A stretch of DNA of 60,000 nucleotides. Source: Malacoraja senta (taxonomy: Eukaryota). A program made the translations under genes and the position numbers. The notes under the pieces are model-generated. The model was not told where the DNA came from, ran no database searches, and was given only the letters and a program-made list of their open reading frames with translations. The stretch is from NCBI GenBank assembly GCA_038087875.1, contig CM075990.1, positions 10,046,001 to 10,106,000 of the forward strand, written 5' to 3'. Each line of letters starts with the position of its first letter. Position 1 is the stretch's first letter. Shown here piece by piece: positions 41,601 to 52,115 of the stretch.

Positions 41601-44600
41601 GAACTGTCCTTGTAAAGTTCCCCAAAGCTGAGGTTAAAATCTGTCACCTTGGATGGGAGACTTCTATGAAAACTGTTGGGTAAATTAATTAATTCATGAG
41701 CTGACATAATATAATTATCAGTTGTTGTCAATGAAGAATTAAGATTGTAGTTATGTTGGGATATTTAAGCAGCCTACTTTTGTGTGCACCAATCAACACT
41801 TGAAATATAAAACCCAGTGTTATTCTGTGCCATTGTCTGCCTTTGTCATTAAGTCATCCATTCATGCTCACACCATCAGGATAGGCACTGAGTCCAGCAT
41901 TAGTTATAGATCCTCAGCTTGACACACATATTCAGTTCGTTGGTGCAGAATTTGACATTGACATTGATTGGATCAGAGCAGCTTCTCCACATCACTCCCA
42001 GTTTGCATGTCAGCTCTGCACTTACAGAGAGAGGAGAGGAGTGAGAGAAAGACCCACTCACAGAGATCAAGCTTTCATTACCTTTAACAGTAGCAGTCCT
42101 TTTGCAGTTGTAGAGAATTGCAAGCTCGCCAAACGCTGTCCCTGGATGCATCTGTCCCAACAGTTTGCCATTCTGCATAACTTCCAAAATCCCATCTGTA
42201 AAAGTATAGTTAAAATTTATTTGCAGTAACAATCAATGTTCAAAATTAAATTGTGCAGGAAGTGAACTGCAGATACTGGGTTATACCGAAGATAGACACA
42301 AAATGCTGGAGAAACTCAGCAGGTCAGAAGAAAAGGAATAGGCGACGTTTCAGTTCGAACCCTTTTTTCAGATTGAAAGTGGACACGGTGTTGCAGAATT
42401 CCCGTCAGAGAGAAGAGGAGAACTTCCTAAAATTAGGCATACCTTGAGGAGATATCGCAGTGGAGCAGACAAAACATGTAAGAAAGAACTGCAGATGCTG
42501 GTTTACTATCTAAATGGCATCAAGTTGGGATAAAGGGAAATACAACGGGATCTGGGGGGTCCTTGTTCATCAGTCTATGAAAGTAAGCATGCAGGTACAG
42601 CAGGCAGTGAAGAAAGCGAATGGCATGTTGGCCTTTATAACAAGAGGAATCGAATATAGGAGCAAAGAGGTCCTTCTGCAGTTGTACAGAGCCCTAGTGA
42701 GACCACCCTGGAGTATTGTGTGCAGCTTTGGTCCCCTAATTTGAGGAAGGACATTCTTGCTATTGAGGGAGTGCAGCGTAGGTTTACAAGGTTAATTCCC
42801 GGGATGGCGGGACTGTCATATGCTGAGAGAATGGAGCAGCTGGGCTTGTACACTCTGGAGTTTAGAAGTATGAGAGGGGATCTCATTGAAACGTATAAGA
42901 TTGTTAAGGGTTTGGACAAGCTAGAGGCAGGAAACATGTTCCTGATGTTGGGGGAGTCCAGAACCAGGGGCCACAGTTTAAGAATAAGGAATAAGCCATT
43001 TAGAACGGAGACGAGGAAACAACTTTTCTCACAGAGTGTTGTGAGTCTGTGGAATTCTCTGCCTCAGGTTCTCTGGAGGCAGGTTCTCTGGATACTTTCA
43101 AGAGAGAGCTAGATAGGGCTCTTAAAAATAGAGGAGTCGGGGATATGGGGAGAAGGCAGGAACGGGGTACTGATTGGGGATGATCAGCCATGATCACATT
43201 GAATGGCGGTGCTGGTTCGAAGGGCCGAATGGCCTACTCCTGCACCTATTGTCTATACCACAGATACCACAGGCTCTCAGTGTGAAGAAGGGTTCCATCC
43301 CGAAACATCACCTATTCCTTTTCTCCAGAGATGCTGCCTGACCCATGAATTACTCCAGCATTTTGCATCAATGTTCAAAGTTACCTCAATCAGAGACTGA
43401 CGTCAGGCTCAAATGGATCTCTAAATCTCATAACTGGTGCACTACTTTAAATTAGCTTTCATTATTGCACAGTCCACTATCCAATTTTATTTTAGCATTG
43501 TTCGGCTTCATTTTCAGCTTAATGATTGATTATACAATTAGCACCTTGCAATGAACACCACAGAATCAGCACCATATAGAAAACTATTCAGCCCAAACTG
43601 GGACGTGTTGGTGCTGCAGCCAACATCCTCCCACTTCCACCTTTTCAAATCAACAGATTGCTTCTCTGTCTCGAGTGTTTAGGCAGCTTATTTCTTTTAT
43701 CAACACAATCACCTCAACTATTCACCATTAGAATAGATTTCATATTCTCATCACTCTCTGGGTAAAGATTTTGCCTGCACACCCTTCTGGATGAACTGTG
43801 ATTGTTTCATGTTTTTTACCCTGAGTTCTGGACCCTCAGATAAGTGGATAAATCATTGCAATGTCTGTCCGATTAAGCCACTGCTTTGTTTCATAGATCT
43901 CCATCACATCCCTTCTCAATTATTCCTCTTTAAAAAAAACCCCGCAAAATGAAGATTCCAGTTTTATTTTATAACTTAAATATTCAGGAATTTCACGAAG
44001 GAGCCAAAGAGAAATGTATAAAATGATGAGAGGCAAAGATAGGATATAGTCAAGACCTTTTTCCCAGGATGGAAAAAACCAAATACTTGAGGGCATGGCT
44101 TTAACGTGAGAAGGTCAAAGTTTAAAAGAAATATACGGAGCAAGTGATTTTACACAGAGGGCCGTGGATGTATGGAACTCACTTCCGGGGTTGGTAGTGG
44201 AGGCCGATACAAAAGTGGCATTTACTCTAAGAGGCTTTTAGACAGGTACATGGATATGCTGGTAATAGAGGGATATATAATAATAATAATAATAATGAAT
44301 TTTATTTACGGGCACCTTATACCGAGGTCTCAAGGACACCTTACAGAGATTTATAGGAAACATATAATCAGAATTTAAAAAAATAAGTTATAAAGACCAA
44401 TACACAAATCAGGAACAGAATTCCTTCCAAAAAGACAAAAAAAGAAAATCAGAAGCACAATTTGAGGAGAGAGCAGCGGCAACGAAACCGCGCCAGCGTC
44501 CACTCTCCCCTCCGACCGCCAGATGAGATATAGTCAGATGAGATTAGTTTATCTAGGCATATTGGGCAGACACTGTGGGCCAAAGGCCTGTTCCTGTGCT

Positions 44601-47600
44601 GTACTGCTCTATGCTCTATATTCTATGTTCTAGATCATTACATTGTCATTTATCCAATCAACAAACAACAAGATCATTAAAACACATAACAAGAATATGG
44701 AACCAGGGAACATTATCCTAAAATCGAAACCAATGTTGTTTAGGAGTACTTAAAGATAGCGGAGTCATGGGATATGGCGAGAAAGCAGGAACGGGGTACT
44801 GATTGTGGATGAGCAGCCATGATCATCCACAATCAGCTGGCTCGAAGGGCCGAATGGCCTACTCCTGCACCTATTGTCTATTGTCACTTACACACTAATG
44901 GTGAAAACCTGGAATCTTCTCAGAACCCTGGAGCTGTGAAGCCTGGAGGATGGATATTAATAGATGTTATAAGGAGCAAAGAAAGGTTCATGAAGGTGAC
45001 AAGCAGATCGGCCTGAAGGACAGGCACCCTTTACATCAAGCATCAATACAATGAGATAGACACAAACTGCTGGAGTAACTCAGCGGGACAGGCAGCATCT
45101 CTGGAAAGAAGGAATGGGTGACGTTTCGGGACGAGACCCTTCTTCAGACTGAGAGTCAGGGGAGAGGGAGACTAAAGATATGGAAGGGTAAGATGTGAAA
45201 ACGACAGATTAAAGCAGACGACGATCAAGGAAGTTTAGAATGGTTCTAATGGTTCAATATGATGAGGCCCACCTGCCAGAACATAGAGGTGGTTTCCTTG
45301 CTCTCCCTCCTGGATGACGAGATCTGTTTCTCGGTAGCTCCTCTCGTACATGCATTCCACTATCTCCCTCACATGCTGCGGTTCCAGCTTCTTCAGGAAT
45401 TCGTTGTGCATTATCGCATCTGTTATCAGTTTCTTCAAGCTGCACAATATAATACTCAGGTTATCACAAACATCCCTGGTGGTAATCATCACAAAAACAT
45501 TCCACGTACATTACCCGTCCTGTGTTTAGCAATTTACACTGAGTGGAAGGGAAATGTTTGATATTTCATGTTGGATGCACGAGAGACTGCAAATGCTGGA
45601 ATCTGGAACAAAGTTCATAAATTAAAAATTTCATAAGTTATAGGAGCAGAATTAGATCATTCGATCCATCAAGTTTACTCTGCCAATCATTCATGGCTGA
45701 TCTATCTTTCCCTCTCAACCTCATTCTCCTGCCTTCTCCCCATAACGCCCGAGGGATGGCAAAGATCAAAGTGCCTGAGGAACTCAGGCAGCATCTATGG
45801 AGCAGGCAGCATCTATGAAGTGGACAGAGACATTGGAACCTTTCTTCAGATACTTATTTTTACTGTGCTGGAATCAAATTGAAGGATTGCCACCATTGAG
45901 ATAGGGACAGCCAACAACGAGGAGCACACTTGCTCTCTGAGAAAGTCGCAAAGTGCTGGAGTAACTCAGCAGGTTAGGCAGCATCCCTGGAGAAACGGGA
46001 TAGGTCCAGACCTTTCTTAGACTGGTCAGTTTGAGGAAGGGTCACAACCCAAAACTTCAACTATCCATTTTCTTCAATGATGCTGCCTGACCTGTTGAGT
46101 TATTCCAGCACTTTGTTTCTTTTTTTTTGCAAATCAGCATCTGAAGTTCATTGTTTCTATTTGCTGTTTGAGGGTTTTTTTTCGGTCTGTATCCAATTCA
46201 AACTCGTTATGAGAATCAAGATATGACCAGAACAAGTTCATATAGTCATATACAGTAGTCCACCCCTCCACAGCCATGAGCTTTTGTTAAGTAAACAAAC
46301 TCACAATTCTTTATGCATGGGCCTGAGGATTAAATAGAAGTCATTGGATAAATTATCAAACCCCATGGGGCAGCCCGAGGTAGTGTAAGAAAAATAGAAA
46401 TACATGTTCTTGCCTTACTCTTCAATGCAGGGACCTTCATGTTCCAAAGTATTTTACACACAATCTGGTACGTTTTGTAGGACAAACTATTATTTAAGGA
46501 CAACAGACAGCTGTCATATGATAAATGACATATAGTGAGGTTTAATACTATTATGGATTAATATTGACCAGGATACTAGGAAACATGGTCATCAATGTGC
46601 TGTTTAGGGACAATGCTGATTGAGTGGAAGAAGACAGCTCCTTTGTTCTTGTGTTTTTATACCAGAAAAGTAATCGTTTTTTTTTTATCTGGTCTGCAAG
46701 AAATCTCTAATCATTCCTACTGCAGAATGGGGAGAATCTTAGAGTTACAACCTCTTAGTAATTCAGCAAACAGAATGAACAGTATGGTTCATTTTCAACC
46801 ATTAAAATGCAGCCTTTAATTATTCTGGATTCAAAACATATATTGCTATCAATTTGAAAATGAGACTTCATTGTTCAGTATTTGCTCAGTTTTGGTTTTA
46901 TAATCTTCTGTAACAATGAAAGCTAATCCTTCTGCTGATGATTCTCAAACCAGATAATTAGTCATTCTGAGATTTTTACTGTGCTGTGGCCAACCTGCAG
47001 GTAATTAACTGGGAATTTCTAGGTTGCCTTAGAACTATACACATCCATGCAAACTGGAAGTATCTGGTACTACGAGCTTACACGATCCCCAGCCAAGTTT
47101 GAATTTGTGTTAAAATTGTTGCAATTAACCATGTTGCTTGAGGAGAAAGTATGGTGCATAAATAAGTACAGAAATTATCCAAGCTAATGATGTGATTGCC
47201 TTCTAAGGTTGTCCTTGGTATGAGGAGCATGTTTCGTTGAATGGGTTGTATATCGCCCACACTTTTGTGGGAATCTAGCTGCTCATTTGCTGGGCCAGGT
47301 GAGGTTCTTTGCTCTTACCTGGAATCCTTCCGTACTCGAAGCTGATCGATGGAGAACTTCTGCACACTGTGGCAATAATAATTCCGGGAGGTTGGCTCCG
47401 CTGACACTCCCTCTTTGGCCTTGAGGCGTCGGTGGATCTCAGTAGCCACCTGGGCAAAGCGTTTTGGCCCTTGGTTTATGATACTGACTAGCTTCTTGTG
47501 TTGGTTGTACCCAATGGCATCCTGAAGCTTGACGATTTGGGAAAGTTTCCCTTTAAGTTCTTTTTCCAGCGACTGTATTTTCTTCAACTTCTGCCTCAGT

Positions 47601-47743
47601 TGCTCATCCTTCATCCTCAATTCTTCTTCTAGAGTAACAATCTTCCTTCTGAGGTTGTCAAAGTTCTCCAAGGCGGTGTCTGTCTGGGTACGGGGGGAGT
47701 TAACCTGGTCAGGCCTTGATGCTCTCACAGAACCGTTTCCCAT
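8198..47743 (-). CDS. PRKG2-like: cGMP-dependent protein kinase, PRKG2 type (possibly the prkg3/prkg2-like paralogue); 18 coding exons, 2250 nt, 749 aa
   Basis: Exons joined by hand at GT-AG junctions with consistent phases. Starts MGNGS; pseudosubstrate [50 protein letters not shown]; kinase [36 protein letters not shown]; tail [12 protein letters not shown]. Confidence 0.96.
9540..9606 (-). CDS. PRKG2-like: PRKG2-like exon 17
   Basis: [23 protein letters not shown]; 67 nt. Confidence 0.94.
9820..10695 (+). mobile_element. GC/CpG-rich non-autonomous retroelement (SINE-like) with (TTGTA)n tail
   Basis: No credible ORF; AATAAA plus microsatellite tail; shares blocks with 13845-14805. Confidence 0.7.
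13412..13793. mobile_element. Palindromic PIF/Harbinger-type MITE
   Basis: TIR AGGGCCTGT(T/C)CCAC; TTA TSD at 13409-13411 and 13794-13796; long imperfect inverted arms. Confidence 0.88.
13845..14805 (+). mobile_element. GC/CpG-rich non-autonomous retroelement with L2-like (TTA)n tail
   Basis: GTAAGGTGTCCTTG...AAATAAAATGATTATTATT; a 5'-truncated copy lies at 44279-44520 on the minus strand. Confidence 0.72.
14914..14976 (-). CDS. PRKG2-like: PRKG2-like exon 16
   Basis: [21 protein letters not shown]; 63 nt; donor GTAAGT. Confidence 0.94.
15290..15800 (-). mobile_element. CR1-type LINE fragment interrupted by a Penelope-derived insert (15506-15637)
   Basis: KSPGPDELH...[11 protein letters not shown]; insert flanked by ACTCTTCTGAACC TSD. 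Confidence 0.8.
15920..16042 (-). CDS. PRKG2-like: PRKG2-like exon 15
   Basis: [41 protein letters not shown]; 123 nt. Confidence 0.95.
16811..16974 (-). CDS. PRKG2-like: PRKG2-like exon 14 (activation segment)
   Basis: [54 protein letters not shown]; 164 nt. Confidence 0.96.
19220..19825 (+). mobile_element. CR1-type LINE 3' fragment
   Basis: [17 protein letters not shown]...[15 protein letters not shown]; (TTCTATG)-like tail. Confidence 0.85.
20181..21942 (+). mobile_element. 5'-truncated Rex1/Babar-type LINE with disabled reverse transcriptase
   Basis: [14 protein letters not shown]..., [36 protein letters not shown]; premature TAA at 20633-20635 and a frameshift near 20940; AATAAA plus (CTTGAA)n tail. 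Confidence 0.92.
21975..22470 (+). mobile_element. CR1-type LINE 3' fragment
   Basis: [12 protein letters not shown]...RMRGDLIE...[14 protein letters not shown]...FKKQLDRYM. Confidence 0.88.
22605..22746 (-). CDS. PRKG2-like: PRKG2-like exon 13 (catalytic loop)
   Basis: [48 protein letters not shown]; 142 nt. Confidence 0.95.
23739..23828 (-). CDS. PRKG2-like: PRKG2-like exon 12
   Basis: [30 protein letters not shown]; 90 nt. Confidence 0.95.
26623..26710. repeat. Compound (TA)n(CA)n microsatellite
   Basis: Direct reading. Confidence 0.9.
26864..27000 (-). CDS. PRKG2-like: PRKG2-like exon 11
   Basis: [45 protein letters not shown]; 137 nt. Confidence 0.95.
27628..27930 (-). mobile_element. 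tRNA-derived SINE (HE1/V-SINE-like)
   Basis: Reverse complement of the same SINE family. Confidence 0.85.
28095..28245 (-). CDS. PRKG2-like: PRKG2-like exon 10 (kinase Gly-rich loop)
   Basis: [26 protein letters not shown]...[12 protein letters not shown]; 151 nt. Confidence 0.9.
28526..29152 (-). mobile_element. CR1-type LINE 3' fragment with T-rich tail
   Basis: Reverse complement of the CR1 end GGCCGAATGGCCTACTCCTGCACCTA followed by a T-rich tract. Confidence 0.88.
30812..30910 (-). CDS. PRKG2-like: PRKG2-like exon 9
   Basis: [33 protein letters not shown]; 99 nt; donor GTCAGT. Confidence 0.92.
31319..31386 (-). pseudogene. Decayed duplicate of exon 8 (pseudo-exon)
   Basis: 68 nt aligning to exon 8 ([16 protein letters not shown] vs [16 protein letters not shown]). 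A 1-nt deletion gives an early TGA; AAG acceptor and GTACGT donor are retained; downstream intron flank is also homologous. Confidence 0.85.
31648..32520 (+). mobile_element. tRNA-derived SINE split by a MITE
   Basis: Head ...GTTGCTGCCTTA ends at 31682 and resumes CAGCGCCAGAG at 32263. Confidence 0.88.
31683..32259. mobile_element. Palindromic PIF/Harbinger-type MITE (577 bp)
   Basis: TIR TGCCCCT(A/G)TCCCACTTAGG; TTA TSD at 31680-31682 and 32260-32262; arms inverted over about 270 bp. Confidence 0.9.
33720..33788 (-). CDS. PRKG2-like: PRKG2-like exon 8 (CNB-B cassette)
   Basis: [23 protein letters not shown]; 69 nt; CAG / GTAAGT. Confidence 0.94.
35372..35466 (-). CDS. PRKG2-like: PRKG2-like exon 7
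   Basis: [31 protein letters not shown]; 95 nt. Confidence 0.94.
36411..36488 (-). CDS. PRKG2-like: PRKG2-like exon 6
   Basis: [26 protein letters not shown]; 78 nt; TAG / GTAGG. Confidence 0.94.
37114..37760 (-). mobile_element. Old CR1-like LINE fragment
   Basis: MEYSP...[21 protein letters not shown]...HHRCTVAAV, a LINE ORF2 C-terminal region. Confidence 0.7.
37897..37950. mobile_element. Left-end fragment of a Harbinger-type MITE
   Basis: TTA|AACCCCTGTCCCACGGTACGAGTTCATTCCAAGAG resembles the 13412 MITE end. Confidence 0.7.
38688..38751 (-). CDS. PRKG2-like: PRKG2-like exon 5
   Basis: [22 protein letters not shown]; 64 nt; donor GTGAGT. Confidence 0.94.
40100..40205 (-). CDS. PRKG2-like: PRKG2-like exon 4
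   Basis: Read directly (not in ORF track): [35 protein letters not shown]; 106 nt; TTTTTCAG / GTGAGA. Confidence 0.93.
40450..41480 (-). mobile_element. CR1-type LINE fragment
   Basis: [35 protein letters not shown]. Confidence 0.88.
42082..42195 (-). CDS. PRKG2-like: PRKG2-like exon 3 (CNB-A phosphate-binding cassette)
   Basis: [38 protein letters not shown]; 114 nt. Confidence 0.95.
42515..43256 (+). mobile_element. CR1-type LINE 3' fragment
   Basis: [44 protein letters not shown]1 3' end. Confidence 0.9.
44279..44520 (-). mobile_element. 5'-truncated copy of the 13845 element, nested in a CR1 3' end
   Basis: CGCGCCAGCGTCCACTCTCCCCTCCGACCGCC is the reverse complement of sequence near 14554-14585. 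Confidence 0.8.
45115..45152 (-). ncRNA. Minimal type-I hammerhead ribozyme motif in a Penelope pLTR fragment
   Basis: Minus strand GT-CTGAAGA-A-GGG-TCTCGT-CCC-GAAA-CGTC-AC: CUGANGA and GAAA core, stem II, loop-less palindromic stem III, GUC cleavage triplet. Confidence 0.65.
45273..45439 (-). CDS. PRKG2-like: PRKG2-like exon 2
   Basis: [32 protein letters not shown]...NHLYVLA; 167 nt; AG/GT flanks. Confidence 0.95.
47319..47743 (-). CDS. PRKG2-like: PRKG2-like coding exon 1 (myristoylation motif, coiled coil, autoinhibitory region)
   Basis: MGNGSVRAS...[19 protein letters not shown]...[11 protein letters not shown]...VRKDS; donor AG|GTAAG; 425 nt, phase 2. An upstream acceptor TTTTGGCAG near 47797 implies a non-coding first exon. 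Confidence 0.95.
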
Positions 47744-48629
47744 TGCATGAATATAAATCATCCCAAAGATCTCTCAACAGATGCCAAGCTAGACTGCTGC
47801 CAAAATAAAGAAAACAGTCATACAGTAGAATATTGTTAAAACACAGGCAGCTGATATAGTGCTTCTTAAAACTCTTTAACAGATTGTTTCTGGTTCCATT
47901 AACAATCGCTTCCTCTTTGCAAATGATTCAGTAAACAATTAGACTTAAACATATGTGTAAAATTGTCATCAAACCTTAGCCCAAGATCCCAAGGGCATTA
48001 CTTAGTTGATTAATGGGGCGTGCAGTCTTCTCCAGGATTTCCATGTGCTAGGCTGCCAATTGTTCCTAATGTAGAAAACATGGTTGACACATTGCTTCGC
48101 AATAGCAGTGTGACAATGATAATTTGCTTTTGGTCCCTGGATGAAGGATGAATATTGGGAAGGCATTGGGGAAAAGGAGGTTTAATGGTCTAACAGTTTC
48201 AGACTTGCAATAACAGTTATTTTTCCCAATGGATTTTCCAAAATTAAAGGTCTTTTTAATAGTTAAAAGTTTATTTTTTATTGTCAGCTAAAAATTATTA
48301 AAGCCAATGGTTAGCAAATGGGGGGAGCTAGTCAATGGTTTCTCTATTATCATGTGTACCAAGGTACAGTGAGACACTTTTATGCATACAGTTCAGCTTT
48401 GACTATGACCACACATAAGCACAATCCCCAGTTAGTACAGAAGGTATAGAATAGCCCACTGAGTCTATATGCACGAGTCGCCATTTTACAGCCCCAGCTG
48501 GAGCTGGCCACAAAGGTTCATTGCAGCCGTCACCTCCATTCTGGTCGTCCCATGAACCATTGTCCCTCTCCTTGCACGGCCCTCTTCAGCCCTTGTTCTA
48601 CGGCTGTTTAATAGAATATCACGTGTATA

Positions 48630-48905
48630 GTTTTTAAGGTGAGAGTGGGAAAGTTTAAAGGAGATATGCGGGGTAAGTTTTTTTTCACGCAGAGAGTGGT
48701 AGGTACTTAGAATGTGTTGCGAGGGGAGGTGGTGGAAATGATAGGGGCATTTAAGAGTCATCTTTGGATAGGCACATGGAAATGGGAATGGAGGAATGTG
48801 GATCATGTATATCAGAGAATAGATTTTCCTTGGCATCATGTTTTGAACATTGTGGGTCTTTGGGCCAGTTCCTGTGCGGGACTGTTCTACGTTCCGTGTT
48901 CTATG
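48630..48905 (+). mobile_element. CR1-type LINE 3' fragment
   Basis: TTTAAGGTGAGAG...TTTTTTCACGCAGAGAGTGGT as in the 19220 copy. Confidence 0.75.
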
Positions 48906-50034
48906 AAGCAATGCATGTCATTTTCAATGACCTCTCGTGATGAAACTGATATCTCGTGATGAATGAAACTGTTAAGAAACACTGGTGTCTGATTACTTTG
49001 TGGAGTTTATATGAATTAAGCCATTTATAAAAAAAGAGAATGTGAAAATAAATATATGCAACATTTTAGTTAGATCAAAGGTCCTGAATACTTCTAGGTC
49101 AACCACTATGGAATAGATATAAAATGTGGAAAAAACATACTGTATAGTTACAGATTGCTTAACTTGGAACTTATAAAACAAATGTTCAGCTACTCAGTAA
49201 AAGGACAATCTGTGAAAGAATATATAATGAAAGGATCTATGATATCTGTAACAAGGTGGAATAACTTAGCATTGAAGATTGAAGTGGAGAGGTTTGAAGA
49301 ACGTATTTCAGACTAAGTGATATTAGAATTAGAATCCATTGGCCCATTTGCAATTGAGATTATACACTGTTCAAAGGGAAAGATGGATAAATATTAAAAG
49401 TGCAAACCAATCTGGAGAAACAATAGGAGAGTGAGATTAGTAAAAGGGAGTTGTATGGACCCGACATCATGAGATAAATTACTCAAACCTTTAAGACAAT
49501 AGAGAAACAACATCAAAACCCTTCAACTTGTCAAATGATGATGAAAGTGATCTTTAACCCTTCTCCCTCCAGGGGAATGGTTGTGAAGATACTTCTCCAC
49601 AAATCCAAAATAAAGTATCACTGCAGGAAGGGGAGGATGGAGGAATAGAAGATCATCAATCTTTGGAATTCTCTACTCCAGAAAGCTGTGCAGACTGAAC
49701 AATTGAATCTATTCAAGGCTGATACATAGTTTAGGATAACAGGAAGGTCAAACTTCACGAGGAAGATATGAGAAGGTGCTGGAGATTAGAGCAGATGTGG
49801 TCTTATTGGAGAGTAAGGAGTAGGCTTGGTCCCCTCCAGTTTCTTGCATTACTTTAGATAGGAGACTAAGGGGAAGATGATGTGGTTGCAGGGAAAGGAA
49901 CGGAGAATGCTCAGGGGGATACAGATGTGATGGGTTGTATATGTACAGAGACATAACATTCTGAATTTCCCTGAGGGGATCAATAAAGTATTTATTATTA
50001 TTATTATTTATTAGTGAGTAGTGAATCGAGATAT

Positions 50035-50280
50035 GGAGAAGGAGGGAGGATTAGAAGAAGGAAAAGCTAATTGAGAGACGTGAATTGAGAAATGGAGAGA
50101 GGAGAGGAGATTGGAGGGAGAAGGAAGGGGAATTGGAAAGATTGTGAATTGAGAGACGAGGAGCGGAGGGAGAGATTGGAGGGAGAAGAGGGTGAGTTTG
50201 AAGGAGGGGGAATGGTGCAGAGGAAGGCGGAGAACACATTGTAATACAAAGGGTGCAGGGGGTAGGGTGGAAGGGTTGAG
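50035..50280. repeat. Purine-rich (GA) low-complexity tract
   Basis: Strong purine bias with repeated GAGATTGGAGGGAGAAG and GTGAATTGAGA. Confidence 0.75.
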
Positions 50281-51654
50281 GCAGGACAGAGACCCCGAGA
50301 ATCACTGACCAGTATTGCCCTTGTGATGCAGAATTCAGAAAAACAGCTTGGATGCGGGAGAACTGGGTCGGCGGATGGGGGAAAGAACAATGAACTCAAA
50401 CGTAGATTGCACTGATTATTTTTGATCTAATCCTGTGACCGCCGCCCCGCGAAATAAACCAGTCCCTCGGGGTGGGAGGGAGAGAAAGGCGAATTCATCT
50501 GTTTTACGCCGCAAATCTATAGCGCTGTGACAAACATCAAGTTCAATATACACCCGCCCCATAGAGAGAACGGAATCTGAAAGGAAGCTAAACAACAGAA
50601 TCTTTCAAAACAGTATCTGACTATTGCACAGTTTAAAATCTCAAAGATAAGTTTTAGTAAAAGTTGTGGGTAGATGCATTTACACCAGCAGATTAAATAG
50701 GTGGATGTAAGGGAGGGAGGGAGATAGATTGGAGGGAGAAAGATGGGAGTGGTGCGTGCAGAGAGCGGTGGAGATATTGGAGCTAACATGGGGGTAGAGG
50801 GGAAGGCAGGGTCTGAGTCACCCTCCTCCCTTCCACCTTTCCCGCTGTTCCCATTATTTCTCCCCCACTCCAACCTTGCCCCATCTGCCCACTAACTCCC
50901 TCCTCACCTCACCAGGTTGCACCTAGCGCTCGCCAGCCCCTCTCAGCTCTTTAGACACAAAATGCTGGAGTAACTCAGCGGCTCAGAACGCATCTCTGGA
51001 GAAAAGGCATAGGTGACGTTTCGGGTTCTTCAGACTGACAGTCGGGGGAAAGGGAAACGAGAGATATAGACGGTGATGTGGAGGTATAAAACAAAGAGAT
51101 GCAAACCCGAAACGCCACCTATTCCTTCTCTCCAGAGATGCTGCCTGACCCGCTGAGTTACTCCAGCTTTTTGTGTCAATCTTCGGTTTAAACCAGCATC
51201 TGCAGTTCCTTCCTACACATACTCTCTTACCTCTTCAACAGGTTGTCTCCCCTCTCCGTCCCCCCACGCAGGGTCCAGACCCGAGCCACCCCTTCGCCTC
51301 CGCAGATGCTGCCTGACCTGATGAGTTAGTTCCTCCAGCGCTTTGTTTTATTTCCCTGTGAAGCCGCCGTTCTCTGCATCCGTAGTAAACACAGGCAGAT
51401 TGGGCTGATGCACGATCCCGCCGCCGTCTCCTCTTCTCTCCCTCCTGGCCTTTGCACCGTAGTGTCCTGGGCCGGGTTGGTCAGACCAAAGATCTTTGGG
51501 TCAGACTGCGGGGTTAGTGGGACGTGCCCAAAACCGACGGCCGATCCCACCTCCCAGCTCCCAGCTCCCACCACATCTGCGCTGATTCCCTTCGGCTCAG
51601 TCCCTCCCTCTGGCGGATGTAAACTGGGAGTACGAGCTCGTCAGAAAGTTCATC

Positions 51655-52115
51655 AGTTTATGTCCATACGTTTTAGGAGCAGAATTAGGCCATTCGGCTC
51701 ATCAAGTCTACTCCGTCATTCAATCATGGCTGATCTATCTTCCCCTCTTAACCCCATTATCCCGCCTTGTCCCCATAACCCCTGGCATCCTTACCTATCA
51801 AGAATCCGTCGAACTTCACCTTCAAAATATCCAGTGATTTTATCTCCACAGCCGAATATGGCAATGAATTCCACAGATTCACTACCCTCTGACTACAGAA
51901 ATGTCTCCTCATCTACATTCTAAAGGTATGTCCTTTTATTCTGCTTTTGGCTCTGGTCCGAGACTCCCCCATTAGTGGAAACATCCTCTCCACATCCACT
52001 CTATCCAGGCCTTTCACTATTCGGTAAGGTTCAATGAGGTCCACCTCATCCTTCTAAGGCCCAGGGCCATCAAACGCTCATCATATGTTACCCCAATCAT
52101 CCCTGCCATCATTCT
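51655..52115 (-). mobile_element. CR1-type LINE 3' fragment
   Basis: TAGGAGCAGAATTAGGCCATTCGG end; TYDERLMALGL. Confidence 0.8.
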
